A stretch of DNA of 64,000 nt from Histomonas meleagridis 2922-C6/04-290x (Eukaryota > Protista > Parabasalia): positions 372,001-436,000 of the forward strand of contig JAANOX010000238.1 of the NCBI GenBank assembly GCA_020184695.1, in the 5' to 3' direction. Position 1 is the stretch's first letter. Every line of letters begins with the position of its first letter. Positions 35,269-46,352 of the stretch are shown here, piece after piece. Below the pieces are notes generated by a model. The model searched no databases. It had not been told where the DNA came from and worked only from the letters and a program-made list of their open reading frames with translations. A program made the position numbers and the translations under genes.

Positions 35269-38200
35269 ATGTCTATAACTGAACAAAAGCAATTATCTCC
35301 AATGAAAATACCTAATATAACAAAAACTATTTCTTCTGTTGGAATTATTAAACTTTATGGAAAAATCAAAGAATTAGGGGAATTAGAAGATATCATTCAG
35401 TTTCATGATCAAGGGATTTATTATACATTTAATGTATCTAAAACATATGATATAACAATTGATAAATTAACGCCGAAATTTAGATATTTAAAATATATTA
35501 ATCCACAAGGTGAAATATCTCTTTTTATCTGGATTGATGGTTCAGATCTTTCCACACTTAAGGATACTATGATATCAATGAAGAATCAACCAGTTGAAGG
35601 TATTGATAATTATGTAATTGAAGGATGTAAAATGCATGAAGGATATTATAATGCAGCCAAAGAAATTATATCACATTTTAAAGGAATTAATGGTGACAAA
35701 TATAAGAACAACTATTATAAAGAAATGATATTTATTGGACATTCTATAGGTGGAGCAATCGCAGCTTTAGCGGCAACGCTTCTTCGTTTTATTGATAATA
35801 TTAATGTTAAAGCATTTACATTTGGTACACCACCATGTGTTTGTAGTCCATTAGATGAAAGAATTAATGAAGAAAATCAAAAAGAAAAATTTTTACTTAC
35901 AGTATGTAATACTGATGATATTGTTGCATCTAAAGGTCATACAATTGGAGTTAACATAGCAAATTTCTTTTGGATATTAATTAAAAATGCAGCAGTTTCT
36001 ATAATTAAAAGTGGTGGAAAAATTTCATTTGAAAATTTAACTGATGTAATTTCAGGCCTTTATGAAGAAAAATCTAAATTTACATATAATAAATACATAA
36101 TTCCAGGAAGATTAATTTATATTCAAGATCAAATAGTTACATGTAAAGAACGAAAACAATCAATTTTGATGTCAAAAGTTGTTTCATCAGGTAAAGCTTC
36201 TAATATGAAAATTAAATTGAATAAAAAATCTATTAACAAAATATTTGTTAATAATCATTCATTAATAAATTATATATCAATGGGAGATCGTATTCAAAAT
36301 AACAAAGCTGTTAAAATGAACGGTTCACATAGGTTATTACATGGTGCTCCAACTGAATGTGATAATCGTGATACAGAAAGATATATATTAGAAAATATTG
36401 ATGACATTGTAAAATTAACAGAAAAGAAAGAAGAACCACCTGAATACTTAGAATTCATTTATAAAAATTCTCAACAAGATGATGGAAAACCTTTAATTAA
36501 TGATGAAAGCAACAAAGAAGAAGATAAAAATGAAGATGAAGAAGATGAAATTGACGAAAATATTGAACCTCTTGATGAACTTATAAAATTTGCAAAGAAA
36601 GAAGGAATCGATATTAATGAAAATATTTGTTTTACATATAAAAAGTTTCTTTTTTGTATTTTGGATTTCAAATTAACATTTAGAAATTATTTTAAACACA
36701 TGATGCAGCACTTAGAGTTGCTTCCAAAAAAGGAGTGACAAAAATAGTTTCTTTAATTCTTGAACAAAAAGGAGTTCATATTAATTCTAAAGATATATCT
36801 TTATTTGTTTTGAAGTTTATTTAAATTTTATATTGTTTAAATTTAAAATTTGGTATAAAATTTTAGTTATTTTGGACAGCACTCATGTTAGCATCAAAAA
36901 ATGGACATACAGAAATAGTTAAATTACTTCTTCAACAAGAAAAAATTAAAATTAATATCAAAGATATTCAATTTTTTTATATGAAATTCTTATCAATGAT
37001 TTGAAGTAACAAAAAAATATTTAAAAAATATTGTAATTATTTAATACTGCACTTATCTTATCATCAAAAGAAGGCCACACAGAAATTGTTAAATTACTTC
37101 TTGAACAAAAATCAATTGATTTAAATGAAAAAGAAATTCACTTATTACATTTAGAAATTCTCTAAATAATTCAATGTTTTAAAATAATGTTTGGTATTGA
37201 CTTGCTTTATTTTATACTGCACTTATCTTATCATCAAAAGAAGGTCATACAGAAATTGTTAAATTACTTCTTGAACAAAAATCAATTGATTTAAATGAAA
37301 AAGAAATTCACTTATTACATTTAGAAATTCTCTAAATAATTCAATGTTTTAAAATAATGTTTGGTATTGACTTGCTTTATTTAATACTGCTCTTATGCTA
37401 GCATCAAAAGAAGGTCATACAGAAATTGTTAAATTACTTCTTGAACAAAAATCAATTGATTTAAATGAAAAAGAAATTCACTTATTACATTTAGAAATTC
37501 TCTAAATAATTCAATGTTTTAAAATAATGTTTGGTATTGACTTGCTTTATTTAATACTGCTCTTATGCTAGCATCAAAAGAAGGTCATACAGAAATTGTT
37601 AAATTACTTCTTGAACAAAAATCAATTGATTTAAATGAAAAAGAAATTCACTTATTACATTTAGAAATTCTCTAAATAATTCAATGTTTTAAAATAATGT
37701 TTGGTATTGACTTGCTTTATTTAATACTGCTCTTATGCTAGCATCAAAAGAAGGTCATACAGAAATTGTTAAATTACTTCTTGAACAAAAATCAATTGAT
37801 TTAAATGAAAAAGAAATTCACTTATTACATTTAGAAATTCTCTAAATAATTCAATGTTTTAAAATAATGTTTGGTATTGACTTGCTTTATTTTATACTGC
37901 ACTTATCTTCTCATCAAAAGAAGGTCACATAGAAATCGTTCAATTACTTCTAGAACAAAAAGGAATATATATTAATGAAGCTGAAATTTTTTTATTTCAT
38001 GCAATAATAGCCTTAAAAATTTAAGGTTTAATATCAATATTTGGAAAATACTTGAAATATTTGATACAGCACTTATAAAGGCATCTCAATGCGGTAATCT
38101 TGAAATTGTTAAATTACTTCTAGAACAAAAAGGAATTGATATTAATGCTAAAAATATTTTATTATTTGATATAAAATTTATTTTTTTATTTTGATATATA

Positions 38201-40481
38201 TTGTCATGTTTTGGAGTTTATTTTGTTTGTTTATAACACCTTTTATGTATGCATCTTCATGTGGTAACATAGAAATCATTAAAATCCTAATAAAGAAAGG
38301 TGTAAATATAACTACAACAGATGTTTAAATGAAAAGTTCAATGTTTTTCGGAAATCATTTTAGTTGTTTATTAATTTTAAGGTGTTTATTAAAAATTATT
38401 AAAACAGCATTCATGTATGCATGTGATTCTGGACAATACGAAACTGTTAAATTTTATCTTGAACGTAATTTATTTGATATCAATTCAAAAGATGTTTGTT
38501 TCTACTATTCAAAGATTATTTTAATCTCAAAATATTACTAAATAATATTTGGAGACTATTAACAATATTTAATACAGCTCTTATTTTTGCTACAGAAAAA
38601 GGTTATGAAGATATTGTTAAATTACTCATTGATAATAAAAAAATTCATATTAATGCTAAAAATATTTATTTGCTTTATATAATATTTGTTTTAACAACAG
38701 AATATTCCAAAATATTGCTTAATGATCATTTAAATAATATCAAACAGCTTTTATTTTTGCATTCAGTAAAAATTATCCAGAACTAGTTAAATTATTTGTT
38801 ACACAAAAAGGAATTGATGTAACTGGTGAAAATGTTTATTTGTTTTGTTTGAAATTTATTTAAATATTTTAATGTTTTATAATAATATTTGGAAATTGTG
38901 TAAATTATTTCAGACAGCACTTATTTGGGCAGCTAAACATGGTTTTATAGATATGGCTAAACTCTTCATAAAGAAAAATAAAATCAATTCTAAAGATATT
39001 TATTTATACAATTAGGTATTTATTTAAATAATTTTATATCTCAAAATATTATTTGAGAATCATTTATAAGATTTAAAACACCTCTTATTTATGCATCTGA
39101 AAATGGTCATAAAGAAATTGTTAAATTACTCATTGACAAAATAGGAATACAAATCAATGCTCAAGATATTTATTTGTTTTATTTAAAATTTATTTTAATA
39201 ATTTGATATTTTAATATAATATTCCGAAATCATTTGAAAAATTTAGAACAGCACTTATTTATGCATCTAAAAATGGTCATACTGATATTGTTAAATTATT
39301 CCTGAAAAAGAGAGGAATTAAAATCAATGTTCAAGATATTTATTTGTTTTATTTAAAATTTATTTTAATAATTTGATATTTCAAAATAATATTTGAAAAT
39401 TATTTAAAATATTTTATACAGCACTTTTATGGGCATCTGAAAATGGATATACAGAAATAGTTAGATTACTTCTTGCACAAAAAGGAATTGATATTAATGC
39501 TCAAAATATTTATTTGTTTTATTTATATTTTATTTTAATAATTTAATATTCCAAAATAATATTTGAAAATTATTTCAAATATTTCAAACAGCAATTATGT
39601 ATGCATCTTTAAATGGTTACACTGAAATAGCCAAATTACTTCTTGAACAAAAAGGAATTGATGTTAATGCTGACGATATTTATTTGTTTTATTTAATATT
39701 TATTTTAATAATTTAATATTTCAAAATAATATTTGGAAATTATTTTAAATATTTGAAACAGCACTTATTAAAGCATCTTACAATGGTCATACAGAAATAG
39801 TTAAAATACTTCTTGAACAAGAAGGAATTGATATCAATACTAAAGATATTTATTTGTTTTATTTTATATTTATTTTAATAATTTCATATATCAAAATAAT
39901 ATTTAGAATTTATTTAAATTATTTTATACAGCACTTATGATTGCATGCGACAAAAATCATTTAGAAATAGTTAAATTACTTCTTGAACAAGAAGGAATTG
40001 ATATTAATGCTAAAGATATTTTTTTGTTTTATTCGAAATTTCTATTTCAAAACAATATTTGGAAATTATTCAAATTATTTGTAACAGCACTTATATTAGC
40101 ATCTAAAAATGGTAAAATAGAAATAGTTAAATTACTTCTTGAACAAAAAGGAATTGATATTAATGCTAAAGATATTTATTTGTTTTATTTTATATTTATA
40201 TTTCAAAATAATATTTGGAAATTATTTTAAATATTTGATACAGCACTTATTAATGCATCTTTAAATGGTTACACAGAAATAGTTAAATTACTTCTTGAAC
40301 AAGAAGGAATTGATATTAATGCTAAAGATATATATTTGTTTTATTTAGAATTTATTTTAATAATTTTATATATCAAAATAACATTTGGAAATTATTTTAA
40401 ATATTTGGAACAGCAATTGAGTATATAAGAAATTCGAAGTTATCAAAGGAAATAGCTCAAGAACTTCTTGAACAAAAATGA
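35269..40481 (+). CDS. Class-3 lipase fused to a segmented array of 22 full ankyrin cassettes plus a terminal cap
   Basis: MHEGY, GHSIGG, TFGTPP, TDDIV, NNHSL lipase motifs. The ORF runs into a half ankyrin (KKEGIDINEN, to 36624); ankyrin cassettes follow in shifting frames; final stop TGA 40479-40481. A single product requires spacer removal (unproven). Confidence 0.75.
36625..40409 (+). repeat. Array of 23 non-coding spacers alternating with single-ankyrin cassettes (mostly 80 + 90 nt)
   Basis: Cassette starts: 36705, 36876, 37046, 37216, 37386, 37556, 37726, 37896, 38066, 38236, 38404, 38574, 38744, 38914, 39078, 39248, 39418, 39588, 39758, 39928, 40084, 40240, 40410. Spacers: 19 x 80 nt, 2 x 81 nt, 2 x 66 nt. 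Confidence 0.95.
37046..37985 (+). repeat. Near-identical 170-bp tandem repeat (5 full units plus a cassette)
   Basis: ACTGCWCTTAT...GAAGGTCATACAGAAATTGTT...ATTCACTTATTACAT...CTTGCTTTAT repeats with exact period 170. Confidence 0.97.
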
Positions 40482-41849
40482 AGTAATGTTAGTATTAAAG
40501 TTTTTTAATATCATCAGAGATATCATTAAAATAGAGATTCAAATCTTATTATACAAAAATATCTCATTTTATGATTTAAATAGGCTAATAAAAATGAAAT
40601 TACAATGGATAATTTTATATAAAATTAAAATCTTGAACTAATTTTGAAATTTAAAAATGGTTGAATATGTTTTGATCGTATGTAAACTTTTTGAATATAA
40701 TTTAATCGTGATGTGCCTGAAGTCACCCATCCTTAAATTAAATATCAAAAAAATTGAAAAAAGATGTCTCATATTAGAAAAAGCTATAAAGCCACGTAAA
40801 GGTATACTAAGTTTTGCAATGCTTGCTTATATTTGATAATCAATTGTTTGATTTTGAAATTTCTGTACTTCATCAATATATCAAGGCTTAAATAGTGACT
40901 TATTTTCCAAATAATTTGCTGAAAATCAAGTGGAAAAGGTGTGGATAAATTAAGTTGACCATTGTTCATCCAGCTTTTTTTCATAATGTTTGTGTATAAG
41001 ATTATATTGACATTTATGGTCTCTATTGAAAAACCTTTTTCTGATGGTGCAACAACGAAGAAACAATTGATGGACTTAACATTTAATCCAAAAAGTAATG
41101 GTATACACAAAACATTCCAAAATTATTTTGTGTTTATCTTAAATGTGCACATTTAATAAGAATCATAAGGATCATATTTATAATAGGGCAAAAATTTTCT
41201 TTTCATTCGACAGAAGAATTAGATATTAATTTTGGGAAAAATGTGTCTCAGTAAGTCATTCTTTTTGATTTATGAATGATTCCAATCCAAATTAGTTAAA
41301 CTTCTTTTTGAAAAAAGTAAATTAATTTTTTTGCTCAAAATCCATTTAACGTCTGATGTTAAACATTGAAAAAGTTTGATTGAATAATTTAAATTTTCAT
41401 TGAAAAATTTTTTGGTAAATAACGTTTTGATAATAAAAAACAGATGTCAGTGGTTTATACGAACTTTTTCAATAGCACGTAAAAAATATCGCTCACTCCT
41501 TGGTTCCATGCGTACCCAATTTCTTTCACATTTATTGCATATATGTTTGTACGTGCATATGGTGGGCACTCAAGAGACCTTAAAATTAGCGAGCAATATT
41601 CAATATCAAAAATTTGATTTCCAATTACCTCTAAGTATCAAGTCAAATAAACCTAAACTTAAGTTTCGACAAGGGCTAGAGAGTTACTTCTTATTTCATT
41701 TGAATTATTATAATAATTCAATAAAATTTCAACACAGAAGGATTAATAATACTTTTTCAAATTTTTTTGCATCAACAAATTGTATAACATGCTCTAAAAT
41801 AGTTCATAGATGTTTAAATACATTTTTTATGACTCACAAATTTATTGTA

Positions 41850-43792
41850 ATGATTACTTTTTGTATCATTAGTTTGATTTTACAATTATTCAAAGCAGGA
41901 CCTAATTTATGTAACACGATTTTTGAAGTTGGTAATCACAAAGAAAAGTTTAAGCATATTATTCCTTTTTTATTTGCACTATATTTTATGAATTCATTTG
42001 AAAGATTTTATGAAGAAAATTCCACACTTATTATAACTTGTCAAAGTGAATTCGATAATCGAACTTCATATGAATATAGTGAACATGTTAGTATTATTGG
42101 TATTGATGTAATAGAGTCAAATGCTTTCAGTCAGTGGGTATCATTAATATCAGTAAAAATTGGAAATTATGTAAAAGAGATAGGTGAAAAAGCATTTTAT
42201 CTACGTAATTCTTTGAAATTAATAGAAATTGGAGAAAATATAACCACAATCAGAAATAATGCATTTGATTTTTGTAGTGCATTAACCAATATAACAATTC
42301 CAAAATCAGTATCTTTGATTGAAGAAGCTATTTTTGCAAGATGTTCAAGTCTTCAATTTATAAATGTGTCTGAAGAAAATATTAATTATTTTGATATTAA
42401 TGGAATTCTTTATGATGAAAACTTAAAGAAAATTATTTGTTACCCAGCAAAAATTGCTAATGAAACATTTGAAATTCCAAACTCAGCGATAATAATTGGA
42501 TGCTATGCATTTTCTAATTGTGGATTATTAATAAATATAACAATTCCAAATTCAGTTACTTCAATTGGCGATTATGCATTTTATCAATGTGAAAAATTAA
42601 AAATAGTTTTTAATGGAGAAAACATAACAAGAATTGGAAGTTATACATTTTATCAATGTGGTAATTTAGAAACAATTAATATCGGGGAAAATGTAAACAA
42701 TATTGGTGATAATGCATTTTTTTATTGCGAGAAATTAAAAGATATCACAATACCAAATTTAATCACATCAATTGAAAATTTTACTTTTTATTACTGTAAA
42801 TCTTTAATATATATCGAAATTCCAATATCGGTTATTTTAATAGGAAGTAATTCCTTTGCATACTGTTCTTGTTTAAAAACAGTAATTATTGGAGAAAATA
42901 TAGAATCAATTGGAAATAATGCTTTTAAGAGCTGCAAAAATCTTACTTGTGTTTATTTTACAGGTTATGAACAACCAAATTATATTGCACTGAATGCCTT
43001 TTATGATTTAAATACAGCGTATGTTATGACATCTGATTTATATCAAAGTGAAAAATTTGGCGAAATTAATGTTTTAAAAGGCTTAGCATTTGATCAATGC
43101 GATCTATATCCATGGCCTACACATACATTTACTCAAAGTAATACATTTTCACAATCTAATACGTTTTCACAATCAAATACATTTTCACAATCAGATACAT
43201 TTTCACAATCAAATACATATTCCCAAAGTAATACGTTTTCACAATCAAATACATTTTCACAATCAAATACATTTTCACAATCAGATGCATTTTCACGATC
43301 TAATACATTTTCACAATCAAATACATTTACACAATCAGATACATTTTCACAATCAGATACATTTTCACGATCTAATACATTTTCACAATCAAATACATTT
43401 ACACAGTCATTTCTTTTGAATTTAACCATGTCCATAACCATATTGCATTATCTATCTCTAACTCAAACATTTCTTCGCCAAACATTTATAACCAATTCAT
43501 TATCAATTACATTTATTAATTCAGATTTTACTTATATTTTATCTGAATATATTTACTATGATTATATAGTTTATAAATATTCATCATATTATTTCATGTA
43601 TATGCGGATCATTTGCTATTATTCTTCTAATCATTGGTATTATTATTTTTGTAACTAAAAGAAGTAAAGGAAAAAAATTAAGTTCAAGTTCGAAATCATC
43701 ATCCAAAAGTCTTGCAAATGTTGGTCAAACTGAAGTTGTTAATAAAGAATTTAATAATTTTATTGTTGATGAAGCTGACCAATGGATATAAT
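41850..43792 (+). pseudogene. BspA-like TpLRR surface protein with VNTR stalk; TM and tail frameshifted
   Basis: IPNSVTSIGDYAF repeats and DINGILYD..IICYPA. TM ICGSFAIILLIIGIIIFV and tail EADQWI* (stop 43790-43792) lie in another frame after about 43585. Start position uncertain. Confidence 0.8.
43125..43412 (+). repeat. 18-bp coding tandem repeat x16 (TFSQSN)
   Basis: ACATTTTCACAATCAAAT-type units counted from the translation. Confidence 0.95.
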
Positions 43793-44410
43793 TTAAAAAA
43801 AAATGCTTCATTTAGATTTATTTATACAAAAAATTATCAAGAAAACAAAAGAAATATTTTAAAAAATTATAAAATCGGTATTGCTCATATTAAAATTTTT
43901 ATACTATAAGAAAAGTGATTTACTTCAATATCAATACAAATTAAAAAAAAGAGTTGTCTATCAAAATTTGTTAACTTTGGTTTGCTTGTAATTTTTTATG
44001 TTTTTTTCCATAATATATGCATATAGCATGCTATCACAAATATTTTATAAATGAAACTTTATATTCATAATTTTTTTTTTTTTTTTTCAAATGAACTTCC
44101 TTGAATAGCATTTTTAAAAAAAATACAGTCTCTTTTGATAAGTAGCTAATCTTGAAATGTTACGTTATGATTTCGTGCTTAGAAGTAAACTTGTTTAACA
44201 TTTTGTTAGTAACCAAACATTATACAAATTTTGATTGAAATTTTTAATCAATATAAATAAAAAGTTGAAACAGTTATTTTTTTTTCCATTTTCTTACATA
44301 AACAAAACATATTCTCAATGGTTGTTTTAAGCCTTTTAAAACTTTGTATAATAAGAACTAAAAATATTTTTAGTAATTTCATAATAAAATTACATTTTAT
44401 AACAATTTCC

Positions 44411-44737
44411 TTATACATTGGTTACTTGCTCATCAGCTTCATTGAATTTTACATATTTTAAAAAGGGAACAATTGAATCATAATTCTGGTCAAACCAAAG
44501 AATTGCAAGATCTTTTCTTCGAGTATAATTTCTTGGAAAAGGTACTCCTGTTAGTTTAGACAATACAAATGCTAACGAAACTGCTCGATTAACAGTAACT
44601 TTTTTGTCAAAAAAAAGATTAAGTAATTGATCTCCCCGACTTCCTTCTGCAACAAAATCTCCTAAAAGATCATCTGCGACAGGTTTTTCCCCATCACGAG
44701 TTCTACTTGGTCTATCACAGCGTGATTTTCTGCTCAT
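44411..44737 (-). CDS. Small conserved-looking hypothetical protein (RxYxRRK...WFxxNY motif)
   Basis: 108-aa ATG ORF divergent from the next gene; basic motif PRNYTRRKDLAILWFDQNYDSIVPFL recalls small trichomonad proteins (from memory, unverified). Confidence 0.65.
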   Translation of the reverse strand: MSRKSRCDRPSRTRDGEKPVADDLLGDFVAEGSRGDQLLNLFFDKKVTVNRAVSLAFVLSKLTGVPFPRNYTRRKDLAILWFDQNYDSIVPFLKYVKFNEADEQVTNV

Positions 44738-44876
44738 TGCAAAATTTTTTTTGCTGAGATTTTTACTTCACAAAATTTCAATTACAAAATCGCGACCAAA
44801 AAAAGGGCAATTCTTTCTTTAAACGGTCTCTTCACCGGACGTTAAGCTAAACGGGCAACTCCAATCAGAACTAAAC

Positions 44877-45929
44877 ATGGATTTTTCTCCATCACAAAGT
44901 TCAAAAGAATCAAGCAAAATGAGCAAATCAACTGAAAATGAAAGCAAGGATAATAAAAATGAATTAAATAATATTTATGATGATTTTAATGAAATTAGAA
45001 AAAAATACCATAATTTAATGGGCGTTCTTTCAAATCATATTGAAGAAGAGCAGTCTGATTATATTTCTTCTAATGAAAATTTGACTTTTGCAACAGACGA
45101 AAAATTAGAATTCGAAATACAGCAATGGAATTCAATGTGGCATCACTTAGTTTCCATGATTGGTCAAGTTGTTCCTGTTTCAAACATTCGTTTTAAAACA
45201 GGAAGTGACAAAAGAGCAATTTTAGTCGATCTTGTAAGCAAACTTTGTGACTTAGCAATTACTCCAAAGCAAACGAAAGAATATATGCGACTTAAAGAAA
45301 AATACCAAAATTGTAAACTAGAAATTAAAGAGCTTCAAGAAAAAAATCAGCAAATTTCACAAGAAATCGATGCATTACCCAAAGAAAATACAAATGACCC
45401 CGAATTAGAACGTAAAGTTCAAAAGCTTTCACAACTTATAAAAAGACAAATTCATACTCAAACAAAACTTATCCAAAATAATGAATTTGAAGCTAAAGCA
45501 TTAAAGCCAATCCCAACTCATTCATTATCAGATGACAGCGGAAGCAGCGAAACATTTACTAAACATAAAACTAAAAATCATTCAATCCCAAAAAATAAGT
45601 CCATGAATCACAAGCTTGCAAAAAGTAATTTAAGCAGTGATGGATCTTATTTCGAAGGAGATTTTAGTGAGTCATCAATGCTTTCTTTTCATAGAAAGTA
45701 TGAAATTGATGATTCAATAGCTGAAAAGGAAAACACATATGGATCCATCCGAAAGAGTTATGGGAACCATGTAAATCAGCTTATTAACCTTACAAATAAA
45801 CTTCAAAAAGATTACAATAAGTTGAATATTCCAAAATACTCAACAAGTGATCTTTCAATTGAAGAGCTTTCTCGCTTAAACGATTCTCTTCTTTCTTCTG
45901 AAAGTAAATTTGGAGAGTACACAGAATAA
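44877..45929 (+). CDS. Hypothetical coiled-coil / Ser-rich protein
   Basis: 350-aa ATG ORF, central heptad repeats, compact divergent promoter. Confidence 0.7.
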   Translation: MDFSPSQSSKESSKMSKSTENESKDNKNELNNIYDDFNEIRKKYHNLMGVLSNHIEEEQSDYISSNENLTFATDEKLEFEIQQWNSMWHHLVSMIGQVVPVSNIRFKTGSDKRAILVDLVSKLCDLAITPKQTKEYMRLKEKYQNCKLEIKELQEKNQQISQEIDALPKENTNDPELERKVQKLSQLIKRQIHTQTKLIQNNEFEAKALKPIPTHSLSDDSGSSETFTKHKTKNHSIPKNKSMNHKLAKSNLSSDGSYFEGDFSESSMLSFHRKYEIDDSIAEKENTYGSIRKSYGNHVNQLINLTNKLQKDYNKLNIPKYSTSDLSIEELSRLNDSLLSSESKFGEYTE

Positions 45930-46041
45930 TTTGTTAATAAACATTTATACGAAAATAAACGTTCTACTTTTACCTTGACACTTTTTGGGTAAGTCCACTT
46001 GTTTGGTCGAATGTTCGGTTTTTTACGTTTATTTTTTTCCT

Positions 46042-46049
46042 TACCGTTT
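46042..46049 (+). promoter_or_regulatory. M3-like element
   Basis: TACCGTTT 24 nt before ATG 46074. Confidence 0.5.
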
Positions 46050-46073
46050 ATTACAGACGTTTAGAAATATCAA

Positions 46074-46352
46074 ATGTCTTCAACACCAGTAAAGAAATCC
46101 ACTCCTGTTACACCAATAAAAACACCAACACCATCAACAAATAAAAGCAAATCCAAACAAAAAAATACCCAAGGAAACTTAATTGAATGGATCATTTTTA
46201 TATTGATATTTGTTGTTTCTATTATTGGCGGCATTTATATAGGAAAACATCCTCAATATAAAAAACTTATGATCCCTTGTTCGGTTCTTTTGTTTGTTGT
46301 ACTTTTCTTCCTTGTATATCGTATGAAAAGTAAAGCCACAAAGTTAGAGTAA
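46074..46352 (+). CDS. Small two-TM membrane protein
   Basis: P/T/K-rich N-terminus, then two hydrophobic helices; M3 element upstream. Confidence 0.65.
   Translation: MSSTPVKKSTPVTPIKTPTPSTNKSKSKQKNTQGNLIEWIIFILIFVVSIIGGIYIGKHPQYKKLMIPCSVLLFVVLFFLVYRMKSKATKLE

Noticed and set aside
39168-39247. Canonical GT-AG intron (TT|GT...AG|A gives in-frame DIYLTAL)
   Set aside because: Works for this spacer only; the sister spacers lack AG at that position.
39729-39740. Micro-exon ATATTTGGAAAT (I-F-G-N) supplying the missing ankyrin Gly
   Set aside because: The GGA is TGA, AGA, CGA or AAA in several sister spacers, so it is not conserved as Gly; it may still reflect the spacer's origin.
36625-40409. 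U12-type or other AT-AC introns (spacers start AT/GT and are followed by AC of Thr)
   Set aside because: Excising AT...AC leaves a +1 frameshift; no RTATCCT donor (one partial match at 36795) or TCCTTAAC branch site.
36625-40481. CRISPR array
   Set aside because: Eukaryotic context, no cas genes; the conserved part encodes ankyrin and the spacers are homologous to each other.
40784-41156. Two short opposing ORFs
   Set aside because: No recognisable motif or promoter element; expected by chance.
41400-41849. N-terminal 150 codons of the 41400 ORF
   Set aside because: TTG start, no domain signal; the BspA signal-like segment begins only around 41850-41990.
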